Positions 1 to 7,949 of a DNA stretch of 14,059 nt are shown one piece after another. Both the position numbers and the translations under genes were made by a program. The notes under the pieces are model-generated. The model was not told the DNA's origin and made no database searches. It worked only from the letters and a program-made list of their open reading frames with translations. This stretch comes from Candidatus Thorarchaeota archaeon (GTDB lineage: Archaea; Asgardarchaeota; Thorarchaeia; Thorarchaeales; Thorarchaeaceae). The DNA is taken from the NCBI GenBank assembly GCA_016840855.1, contig JAEORO010000020.1, positions 1-14,059 on the forward strand, written 5' to 3'. How positions within the stretch are numbered: the stretch's first letter is position 1; each line of letters begins with the position of its first letter.

Positions 1-158
1 ATTGCCCCAATACTGTCCACATCTACAGGATAGTAGCTCAGCTTACTAACGTTGGCTATGGTCAGACCTGTTTTGTCAACTAGGATGACCTTTTTTATGC
101 CCTTATCCTGCCTAATGATTTCGGTGAGGATCTTATCGAAGGCTTTTGGATCACTCAT
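1..158 (-). CDS. Roadblock/LC7 (MglB-like) domain protein, 3' end runs off the window
   Basis: Not in the ORF track. Hand translation from ATG at 158 gives MSDPKAFDKILTEIIRQDKGIKKVILVDKTGLTIANVSKLSYYPVDVDSIGA, the Roadblock N-terminal pattern (helix, then GI..VILVD..GL.IA). SD GAGGTG on minus at 167-172; open to the window edge. Confidence 0.85.
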   Translation of the reverse strand, partial: MSDPKAFDKILTEIIRQDKGIKKVILVDKTGLTIANVSKLSYYPVDVDSIGA

Positions 159-184
159 TAATAGTACACCTCTATTTTATTTTC

Positions 185-487
185 TTACTCAGTGTTCTTA
201 AGGACTACTAGGATAAGTCCTTCGTTCACTTCCGGCGCGATGTTAATCTGACCCTTGGTTGTATCCAAGGTCAGGAATGACAGCGACCCCTCTCGAAGCT
301 CACGCACTGCATCAAGTGCCTTTCCAACGAGAGAGGTAATTATTGCAGCGACGTTCTCTGTTGTATCAGGGTCTAGATCACTACTAAGTGGTAGACCTTC
401 CAAGGTGGTTACAACAACTCCTCGAACTCCTTCTTGTGACTTAATTTTAGAAAGAATCCCTTGGAGTTTTTCTTGACTAATCACCAT
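185..487 (-). CDS. Roadblock/LC7 domain protein, short DYNLRB-like type (100 aa)
   Basis: GVRGVVVTTLEGLPLSS, AAIITSL and LILVVL fit the Roadblock fold. Start revised from 508 to ATG at 487 (MVISQEKL), which has a GAGG just upstream. Confidence 0.9.
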   Translation of the reverse strand: MVISQEKLQGILSKIKSQEGVRGVVVTTLEGLPLSSDLDPDTTENVAAIITSLVGKALDAVRELREGSLSFLTLDTTKGQINIAPEVNEGLILVVLKNTE

Positions 488-618
488 GCAGAGGCCTCGC
501 TGATTCAACTGTGCCTTAACATCTACGCCACAGTTGACTATTTTAGACTTGTGGAGATATGTTACAACTCCTCAGACTCCATTTGCGCATTTGGAGAATA
601 TTTGGGGTTGTGTTACAT

Positions 619-668
619 AAAAAAGAGGATTGGTCATGCCAAAAAATTCGCACGACCATTGAATGCGA
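619..668 (-). terminator. Putative terminator downstream of the vWA gene
   Basis: On minus, just after the stop at 678, TCGCA-N11-TGCGA hairpin (648-668) is followed by a T6 tract (641-646) and a second T6 tract (619-624). Confidence 0.5.
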
Positions 669-677
669 TGTTTAGAG

Positions 678-2300
678 CTATGCTTCTTTCTCATCATCAA
701 ATAGTTTCTTTGAGCTTCGTTTCATTTGAGCAAGACTACCAGTGAATGCTTCGTCCGCAGCACCTGATGGGGCTGCTTCGGGAGCTTCAGCAAGCATCTC
801 CTCTTGACGAACGATTTCAGCCTCCTCATTGTTCAGAACATTATCAGTCTTATCGAGCATCGCCTGAACACTTGCGGGGGCTGCTTTTGCCTTTGTCTTT
901 AGGGCTTTTCTGAAAGACGCTATTCGCTCGCGACCTTTTTCTCTATCGCCACGGAAAGACTCTTCTCCAGCTTTTTGTGTCACAAATGTTGCTCCAACTG
1001 TGGGGTCAAGGGTTTCCATGATTTCTTCTTCTTTCTTGGCTACACGAAGCTTTGTTGTAACCGCACGAACCCTTCTCGCACCTTCTTCATCAGTATAGGA
1101 AACCTGGACCTGTATGGGTACTTCAGGTGTCTTAATCTCCTTCTCAGGCTCGACCTCAAAATAGAGTTCATGGTCTTCTCCAACGACTCCAATCTTGCTT
1201 TCGCCTCTCTTCTTCAGCTGGTCAACAACAGCTCGAGAAACTCCAGAGACATCTTTTACCTTTACACCAGGAGGCGTGATGAGACGGACCTCTACATCTC
1301 GGCCAAGTAGGGATGCACCAGCCAATTCAGAAAGGCTTCGGTCAAGCTCATTTGGCGTGACATAATACATCTGTCCACCGGTGGCTTCTGGTAGGAGACC
1401 TAATGTTTGAAGCTCCATACCTGCCCCTGAAGCAATTCCAACTACATCCACAGCAGTACCTAGCTCCATGAACATCTTTCCAAGGTCCTCGTAGTACTTA
1501 CTCGCTGGCGTCACTTGATAGCCTTCAAGAGCGCCAATTCCTTCGTTTGCCAACCCATCAGTAAGAAGTACCACTCGACCTACATTACGGTGTTTGGCAA
1601 TGACATATGCCATTCCAACTGCAGGACCAAGAGCTGTACCCCCCTGATCACGGAGTGCCTGAACATGCTTCTTGAGCCTGTCTCTATTCTTTCCCACACC
1701 AACCAATTTCACCTGATCAAGCAGTTTCTTTGTCGAATCCATGATGTCTCTAAGACTAGCAAAAGAGTTTCTTGGAAGTTCAACTGGGTTTCCATTCTCC
1801 AGATTTCGAGCAATCACAGAGCTCTCAAACTCGATTAAGCCAAACATGGTGTCGGGTGCATTTGCAGAAAGACTGTCAATTGATGTGTTCAAGCTACGTT
1901 TGACCGCCGCCAGGTTCGCTCCAGCCATTGATCCTGAAACATCAATGAGACCAAGAAATGAACGACCACCTATGGCTATTGCTTCGGTATCGGTGCTTGT
2001 GTCTGGCGGTGGATTCACCACAAAATCTGTGTCATCCCCAGCCACAATGACCTCACCCTCTATCACATTTAGAGTTCCGCAAAAGGAGCATACAAAGTGT
2101 TTACCCACCTTTGGATCCTCTTGGATTTGGTCCACACTAAGGAGAAAGCCATTACACTTATGGCATGCTATTGGCTTTCCTACAATCTTTGTCGTCTCAT
2201 GCGCTAGATGACCAAATTCTACACGCAGGACATACGGAATATCGCTCAGTACCTTTTTCGAAGCCGGAAAAGCCTCTGAGCTGGTTCTCAACATAGGCAT
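678..2300 (-). CDS. Sec23/Sec24-like protein: Zn finger + vWA (trunk) + beta-sandwich + helical tail (540 aa)
   Basis: Zn finger PIACHKC-x21-CSFCGTLN. vWA motifs LIDVSGSM (DxSxS), GGTALGPA, VVLLTDGLANEG, VDVVG and EATGGQMY. Beta-rich region begins DVEVRLITPPGVKV. Start revised to ATG 2300 because of GGAGG at 2310-2314; the 40-aa extension in the ORF track looks non-coding. Confidence 0.8.
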   Translation of the reverse strand: MPMLRTSSEAFPASKKVLSDIPYVLRVEFGHLAHETTKIVGKPIACHKCNGFLLSVDQIQEDPKVGKHFVCSFCGTLNVIEGEVIVAGDDTDFVVNPPPDTSTDTEAIAIGGRSFLGLIDVSGSMAGANLAAVKRSLNTSIDSLSANAPDTMFGLIEFESSVIARNLENGNPVELPRNSFASLRDIMDSTKKLLDQVKLVGVGKNRDRLKKHVQALRDQGGTALGPAVGMAYVIAKHRNVGRVVLLTDGLANEGIGALEGYQVTPASKYYEDLGKMFMELGTAVDVVGIASGAGMELQTLGLLPEATGGQMYYVTPNELDRSLSELAGASLLGRDVEVRLITPPGVKVKDVSGVSRAVVDQLKKRGESKIGVVGEDHELYFEVEPEKEIKTPEVPIQVQVSYTDEEGARRVRAVTTKLRVAKKEEEIMETLDPTVGATFVTQKAGEESFRGDREKGRERIASFRKALKTKAKAAPASVQAMLDKTDNVLNNEEAEIVRQEEMLAEAPEAAPSGAADEAFTGSLAQMKRSSKKLFDDEKEA

Positions 2301-2486
2301 CGATATTTGCCTCCAAAATAATTCGACTGACCTTTGCATGAGGCGTTTTAAGTGATTCGCCGAAGTATGCCACGCGCAATTGGAAATAAATATGTGAAAT
2401 AGATGACCACAGACGAACACGCAAGATATTTACAGGCCTAGTAACAAGACTGCGGGTGATAATTCAGGCCCCATGGGAGGAATTCT

Positions 2487-2852
2487 ATGGTAGATAAAGA
2501 GAAGATTGAAAAAGTCGTGTCGGAAACGATGGCTGCGAATGCGGATTTGGAAGGCATTGTTATATGCGATGCCAAGGGACAGGTGCTATTCGGACATACC
2601 ATCAGCGGGGGAACGAAGCATTCTGACATCGCCAACCTCGCTGTGAAGATTGCATCTAACTCTTCCCAGCTTTCAGCTGGTCTTGACAAGGGAGGTCTGA
2701 AGGAAGTAAGTATTGCATCAGATAATGGGTTCATCATTATCCTTGGCGACGTAAAACTCGTACTAACGGGAGTAGCAGGAGAAGGAGCAAGAGAGTCGTT
2801 AGGTCTTCTAAGAATGGCTTTGAGAAGATCACTTCTACAAATTGTTGCTTAG
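2487..2852 (+). CDS. Roadblock/LC7 (MglB/LAMTOR2-like) domain protein with C-terminal helix (121 aa)
   Basis: LEGIVICDAKGQVL, GGLKEVSIASDNGFIII and the C-terminal helix SLGLLRMALRR. SD GGGAGG at 2475-2480. Divergent from the vWA gene. Confidence 0.85.
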   Translation: MVDKEKIEKVVSETMAANADLEGIVICDAKGQVLFGHTISGGTKHSDIANLAVKIASNSSQLSAGLDKGGLKEVSIASDNGFIIILGDVKLVLTGVAGEGARESLGLLRMALRRSLLQIVA

Positions 2853-3050
2853 TATGCGACCGAAATAGTCAGTAGAGTTAGACTTTTCTGTACTTTAGAG
2901 GATGGCCTCTAAGCCTGAATACATAATCCAGATGTAGCTGGGGTATTACTAGGGTCATACCAACGGTATTTAGGACTCTGTAACATCGGAATAACACACT
3001 TGGTCACGCCAGGGTTATTCTGACTGTAACTTGCCGGAAGGGAACGGGAC

Positions 3051-6000
3051 TTGGTTCACATTGAGAAGCTTGTATGCAAGGGCTTCAAATCATTCGGACG
3101 AGAAACAGTCACTATTAGGCTCAATCCTGGATTCACCTGTATAGTCGGACCAAATGGATCCGGCAAGTCTAACGTCATCGATGCCATCCTCTTTGTTTTA
3201 GGTCAGCTAAGCGCAAAGACGCTCAGAGCTAATGTCTTCTCGGACCTTCTCTATTCTCCACCAAAACCAAACATGCCTCCAAAAGCCAAGTCTGCTGTTG
3301 TAGAACTTCACTTTGATAACAAGGATAGGAAACTGCAGATTGATGCAGACCGCGTGGTTATAGAGAGAGAATTGGATGATTCAGGAAAATCGGTATGTCG
3401 TGTCAATGGAAGGGTAGTTACTCGTACTGCTGTGCTAGATGTGTTAGGCGCCATTGGTGTCGACCCTAATGGCTACAACCTTGTTCTCCAAGGTGAGATT
3501 GCTCAGATGGTTAAGGTGAGCCCTACTGAGCGACGGAAATTGATAGAGGACATCGCGGGAATTTCAGCATATGATGAACAGAAAGACCGTGCACTGAAGA
3601 AGTTGGCTGAAAGTGAGAGCAACTTGGGTAAAGTTGACATGCAGCTGCAAGAGCGACGTCGACATCTCGAGAAACTAGAGGAAGATATGGCTGATGCGCG
3701 CAGATACCAGAACCTCCACAAGCAGATTCGAGCACATAGAATTGACATTCTTGCTTGGAGTACCATAAAGGGCAAACTAAGGGTAGACACCATTAATGAA
3801 ACACTAGCGCAACGAGCTGAAGAAGCAGAAAGTCTTGTCAAGGAATTTGTAGAGGTTGAAACCGGAATTAAAAGCACAGAAACAGAGATTGAGAAAATAG
3901 ACCATGATATTGACCAAATCACCGGTGGTGACTCTACCAGAGTATCTGAACAGTATGGTATAGTATCTGCTGCGGTTTCTCATGTAAGAGGAGATCTAGA
4001 ACGGGCTCAAGCAGAATTCGACAAGGTATCCAGTGAGAAGATGGCTCTCAGTGAGGAACTTGAAACGGTGCAAGATGAAATTAGTCACAATGAACAAGTT
4101 TTGACCGACAAGAACAAGGAACTCTCTGTTCTTGAAAAAGAGATAGCGAGCACAGCAGCAGAAATCATCCGACTAGAAGAGATGTCAGAGAAAGCACAAA
4201 CAGAATACTACGAAACTACGCTACGTCTCCAAGATCTAAACAATCAGATGAGACACCTAGATGAGGGTGTTTCTGAAGTTCGGTCAACAATTAAGTCCGA
4301 TAATAGAGAACTTGGGCTTGCATATGAGGAACTCAGCGATGCAACGGAAAGTTTGGAAAAGACGGAAGCTGAGATTGAACAACTAGAGGCAACAATCCCT
4401 GAGAAGAGAACAGAACTCGAGAAATCCGAAGAACTTGAAAGGACAAAGCAAACCGAGGTTGACAGTCTGTCTGCACGACTTTCAACTGTTGATGCTGAAG
4501 TTGCAGAAAGTGCAAAAGTCGTATCTCAGACGAGAGAAGAACTCATTAAAGTAAAAGCTCGCCAAGATGCTTTGAAAGAGGCTGAAGATGCTTTCCTGAA
4601 AAGACGCAGGGCAATTGCTACAGTCCTTGAACTCAGGGATGCTGGTGCTATTAGCGGGATTTATGGCACAGTAGCAGAACTGGGCACAATTGATCCAGAC
4701 TATGCTGTGGCATTAGAGGTGGCTGGTGGTAGTAGGTTGTCATACATTGTTGTTGATAATGAGCAGGTAGCAACCGAATGTGTCAATGTTTTGAAGAATG
4801 AAAAAGCTGGCAGAGCCTCGTTTATTCCACTTGATAAAATCAAGACAAGTACACTAGGAAAACTCCCAAAGGATGAGGGTGTCATCGATTTCGCGTTGAA
4901 TCTTGTTAAGTTTGACCCAAAGATGCGGCCAGCTTTTGAGTTCGTATTTTCTGACACAATAGTGACTGAGGACTTTGATACAGCAAAGCGGCAAGGATTC
5001 CGAGGACAGAGAGCGGTTTCGCTGGATGGTGACTTAGTAGAACGTTCAGGATTAATTACTGGTGGGTATTTCCAGCAAGCATCAGCTGGGCTCTCACTAC
5101 AAGTAGAGGACACAAGTCCCGAGATTGAAAATCGGCTTCAAGGCTTGGAAGAGATACTGAAGGAACTTCGTACAAAGCAAGAGTCTCTTCGCAAGGAACA
5201 AATCAGCCTTGAAAAGGAGGTCCAGAACCTCTCAAAGACCAATTACAAGCTCCGAATTGAACAAGAGAGATTGGAGGAACGATTTGAGGAACAAAAATCT
5301 AGGTCTGAAATACTACACGAACGGATGGATAAAGCTAGCCTCACAATAGGTGAGCTCGAAGCTCAGGTCAAGGAGCTTCAAGAGCGTGATGATGAACTCA
5401 CCGTACAACGTGAGAGAGTTAGGGCTCAACGTGATGATGCCAATGAGGCATTAGTAACCTCTGATGCTAACAAGCTAAATCAAGAAATCAAGGATTTGAA
5501 AGAAGTACAAGAGCAGTATCAGAAACAGAGAGAAAAACTCCAGAGTGAAATAACCTCAGTGAGAGTCGCTCTTGACGAAAGACTTGGACCCAAGGCTATT
5601 GAGATTGAGTCAAAGATTCAATCCCAAGATGCAATTATCCCAGGACTTGAGGAACAAGTGAAACGATTACAGATGGGACTTGCAGAGAGAGAGAGTGAGT
5701 TTGAGAAACTAAAGGAAGAAAGAGAGCGAATTGACGAGGCTGTCAAGGACAAACGGGTGCGTCAGCTTGAATTAAAAGAAGACCTTCGTAACCTCAGACT
5801 AAGACATGAAGAGATACGTGAAGCCCAGACATCAAATGAGAAGGCAGTATACAGACTCCAGACAGAACAAAACCGATTGGAAACAGATGTCGTTGGGTAT
5901 ATGGCGGAGCTGAATCAGATAGCTGATGCCCAAGAAGCCATTGAAGAGAGAGCAAATGAACGTGAACTCACTTACAAGGAACTGGAGGAACTCGAGGAGA

Positions 6001-6641
6001 AAATCAAAGAGATTGAGAGAGAACTCGAAGCAATGGGACCTGTCAACTTGAAGTCGCTCACAGATTATGATACTGAGAAAGACCGATACGAAGAGATTGT
6101 TGATAAAAAGAATAGGCTAGAAGATGAGCGAAGAGAGATTCTCACCTTCATGGAGGAGCTTGAGGCTGAGAAAACACAGAAGTTCCTTACTGTCTACAAC
6201 GAAATTGCAGATAATTTCTCAAAAGTGTTCGGACAGTTGTCTCCGGATGGTGAGGCTAACCTCATGCTTGAAAATCCCGAACATCCGTTAATGGGAGGAA
6301 TCACAGTCAGATCAAAACCACGAGGGAAAGAATTAGTCACTCTTGATGCTATGAGTGGTGGGGAGAAGACACTTACTGGACTTGCACTCATTTTTGCGAT
6401 TCAAATGTATAGTCCTGCGAGCTTCTACATATTTGATGAGATAGATGCTGCGCTTGACAATGTAAACGCTCACAATGTGGCGCTCCTCATCTCAGAGATG
6501 TCAAAGAATTCACAGTTTGTTGTAGTATCATTGAGAGATACAACTGTACGAAAAGCTGATTTGTTGGTTGGAGTATCAAACCAAGATGGAATCTCTAGGA
6601 TTGTGTCTGTCGATTTGGAGGAGGTTGCAGTATCAACATGA
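3051..6641 (+). CDS. smc: Chromosome segregation protein SMC
   Basis: GFKSF, Walker A GPNGSGKSN, Q-loop LVLQGEI, two long coiled coils around a hinge (GIYGTVAELG ... GRASFIPL ... GLITGG), signature MSGGEK, Walker B/D-loop FDEIDAALD. 1196 aa, TTG start. Confidence 0.98.
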   Translation: MVHIEKLVCKGFKSFGRETVTIRLNPGFTCIVGPNGSGKSNVIDAILFVLGQLSAKTLRANVFSDLLYSPPKPNMPPKAKSAVVELHFDNKDRKLQIDADRVVIERELDDSGKSVCRVNGRVVTRTAVLDVLGAIGVDPNGYNLVLQGEIAQMVKVSPTERRKLIEDIAGISAYDEQKDRALKKLAESESNLGKVDMQLQERRRHLEKLEEDMADARRYQNLHKQIRAHRIDILAWSTIKGKLRVDTINETLAQRAEEAESLVKEFVEVETGIKSTETEIEKIDHDIDQITGGDSTRVSEQYGIVSAAVSHVRGDLERAQAEFDKVSSEKMALSEELETVQDEISHNEQVLTDKNKELSVLEKEIASTAAEIIRLEEMSEKAQTEYYETTLRLQDLNNQMRHLDEGVSEVRSTIKSDNRELGLAYEELSDATESLEKTEAEIEQLEATIPEKRTELEKSEELERTKQTEVDSLSARLSTVDAEVAESAKVVSQTREELIKVKARQDALKEAEDAFLKRRRAIATVLELRDAGAISGIYGTVAELGTIDPDYAVALEVAGGSRLSYIVVDNEQVATECVNVLKNEKAGRASFIPLDKIKTSTLGKLPKDEGVIDFALNLVKFDPKMRPAFEFVFSDTIVTEDFDTAKRQGFRGQRAVSLDGDLVERSGLITGGYFQQASAGLSLQVEDTSPEIENRLQGLEEILKELRTKQESLRKEQISLEKEVQNLSKTNYKLRIEQERLEERFEEQKSRSEILHERMDKASLTIGELEAQVKELQERDDELTVQRERVRAQRDDANEALVTSDANKLNQEIKDLKEVQEQYQKQREKLQSEITSVRVALDERLGPKAIEIESKIQSQDAIIPGLEEQVKRLQMGLAERESEFEKLKEERERIDEAVKDKRVRQLELKEDLRNLRLRHEEIREAQTSNEKAVYRLQTEQNRLETDVVGYMAELNQIADAQEAIEERANERELTYKELEELEEKIKEIERELEAMGPVNLKSLTDYDTEKDRYEEIVDKKNRLEDERREILTFMEELEAEKTQKFLTVYNEIADNFSKVFGQLSPDGEANLMLENPEHPLMGGITVRSKPRGKELVTLDAMSGGEKTLTGLALIFAIQMYSPASFYIFDEIDAALDNVNAHNVALLISEMSKNSQFVVVSLRDTTVRKADLLVGVSNQDGISRIVSVDLEEVAVST

Positions 6642-7360
6642 TGGACGATGATTCTCCTTTCTGGGCAACACCACCCTACATCCTTCTCACTGATGTACTC
6701 CAATTAGATAAGGTAGAGCCATGGAATGTGGATGTTGGCAAACTTGTTGTTGGTTTCTTGGATGAGATGAAACGACTGGGTGACATCGACTTTCGTATCT
6801 CTGGAAATGCGTTATACTCAGCATCTGTAATCTTCATGAGAAAGACTAGAGAACTTGTTGAACTTGGTTTTCTACCACCCGACGACGAGGAGGAGGAGGA
6901 GGATTTTGTCATTCCTCTCATTCGCCCTCCATTCAGACTAACAAATCGACGTGTAACACTTGAAGAACTACTTGTTGCTATGGATCAGGTTCTTAGCAAA
7001 GGTGTCAGAGAACGTTCTACGCTAACGAAGCGAAGATACAGCTCGAAAGCGGATCCACTGACATTTGAGATGAATAAAGACCAAGCTAATGTCGAGGAAA
7101 CAATAGCTGAAGTCTATGAGGATTTATGTCGGATAATGAGAGTTGGTGAAGTATCGAAGTTTACTGATGTACTTATGAATAACACTAGACAAGAGATAGT
7201 GAGAGTCTTTTTTTCACTCCTGTTCCTTTATGCACGAGCGTACATTGACATCTGGATGGACGAAGAGAGTATCATCTGGGTAAAACTTCAGGAGCCTCCC
7301 AAAGTATCTGAAAAGGACAAATCTCACGAGGAAGATATTCAGCCAGAGATTGAAACCTAG
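6638..7360 (+). CDS. scpA: Kleisin, segregation and condensation protein A
   Basis: N-terminal VEPWNVDV ... DFRISGNALYSASV, RRVTLEELL, and C-terminal winged helix IVRVFFSLLFL. ATGA overlap with the smc stop; SD GGAGGAGG at 6617-6624. Confidence 0.93.
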   Translation: MMDDDSPFWATPPYILLTDVLQLDKVEPWNVDVGKLVVGFLDEMKRLGDIDFRISGNALYSASVIFMRKTRELVELGFLPPDDEEEEEDFVIPLIRPPFRLTNRRVTLEELLVAMDQVLSKGVRERSTLTKRRYSSKADPLTFEMNKDQANVEETIAEVYEDLCRIMRVGEVSKFTDVLMNNTRQEIVRVFFSLLFLYARAYIDIWMDEESIIWVKLQEPPKVSEKDKSHEEDIQPEIET

Positions 7361-7370
7361 GGTGTTACCA

Positions 7371-7925
7371 ATGGATGAGGACATGATTACGGTTGAAGCT
7401 GCGCTCTATGTTTCAGGTCGAGCTCTGACTCTAGAGGAATTAGCTGACATGATTGGAAAATCTCAATCGACTACCCAGAAAGTGCTTGACAATCTGAGCT
7501 TCGAATATAGCAAGAGAGAAGGCGCTTTGGAAGTGGTTGCTCTACCAAAGGATCGTTATGTGATGCAATTAAAACCAGAACTCACTCCGCGAGTTGGTAA
7601 ATTGATACCAGGAGGACTCTTGTCGTTCGCTACTCTTCAAACATTAGTCTTCATTGCTCTCAAACAGCCCATTCTTCAGTCAGAGCTTGTTGCATTACGA
7701 GGCACCCATTCCTACGATCATATCAAAGATTTAGTTGACAAGAAGTTCATTGAGGCAGCACCAGAAGGGCGCTCTAAGTTGCTAACAACAACCCAACTTT
7801 TTGCTGACTATTTTGGCCTTGATAGTGATAAAGTCAAACTTAAGGCACAGCTCAAATTCAAGATGAAGAAGATACTTGAGGACCAGGGTGAAATGAGCGA
7901 GTCTGCGGGAATCACAAACATCTAG
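7371..7925 (+). CDS. scpB: KITE subunit, segregation and condensation protein B
   Basis: VEAALYVSG, LSFATLQTLVFIALKQPI, LRG ... HIKDL and TTQLFADYFGL. Start revised to ATG 7371, with GGGTG at 7360-7364. Confidence 0.95.
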   Translation: MDEDMITVEAALYVSGRALTLEELADMIGKSQSTTQKVLDNLSFEYSKREGALEVVALPKDRYVMQLKPELTPRVGKLIPGGLLSFATLQTLVFIALKQPILQSELVALRGTHSYDHIKDLVDKKFIEAAPEGRSKLLTTTQLFADYFGLDSDKVKLKAQLKFKMKKILEDQGEMSESAGITNI

Positions 7926-7949
7926 AAACCAATCGCTTACGAAGCAGTT

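Noticed and set aside
511-521. 11-bp TGTTAAGGCAC shared between 511-521 (minus) and 9948-9958 (plus), both intergenic
   Set aside because: Only two copies, at inconsistent distance and orientation to start codons; cannot be distinguished from chance.
255-2211. Plus-strand ORFs 255-476, 461-745, 975-1310, 1515-1838 and 1741-2211
   Set aside because: Antisense shadows of well-supported genes, with no recognisable motifs.
2301-2420. 40-aa N-terminal extension of the vWA ORF (similarly 8964-9050 for hypE, 488-508 for the Roadblock gene, 7350-7370 for scpB)
   Set aside because: Better ATG starts with SD motifs lie downstream, and the extensions have no family-like sequence.
3008-3048. GCCAGG ... 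CCGGAAGGGA resembles SRP RNA helix 8
   Set aside because: The two parts are not adjacent as in SRP, the following GCA is missing, the spacer is too short and AT-rich for an archaeal 7S RNA, and the segment doubles as the smc ribosome-binding region.
6881-6904. GAC/GAG triplet run in scpA
   Set aside because: It simply encodes the acidic linker DDEEEEED common in kleisins; in frame, with no sign of phase variation.
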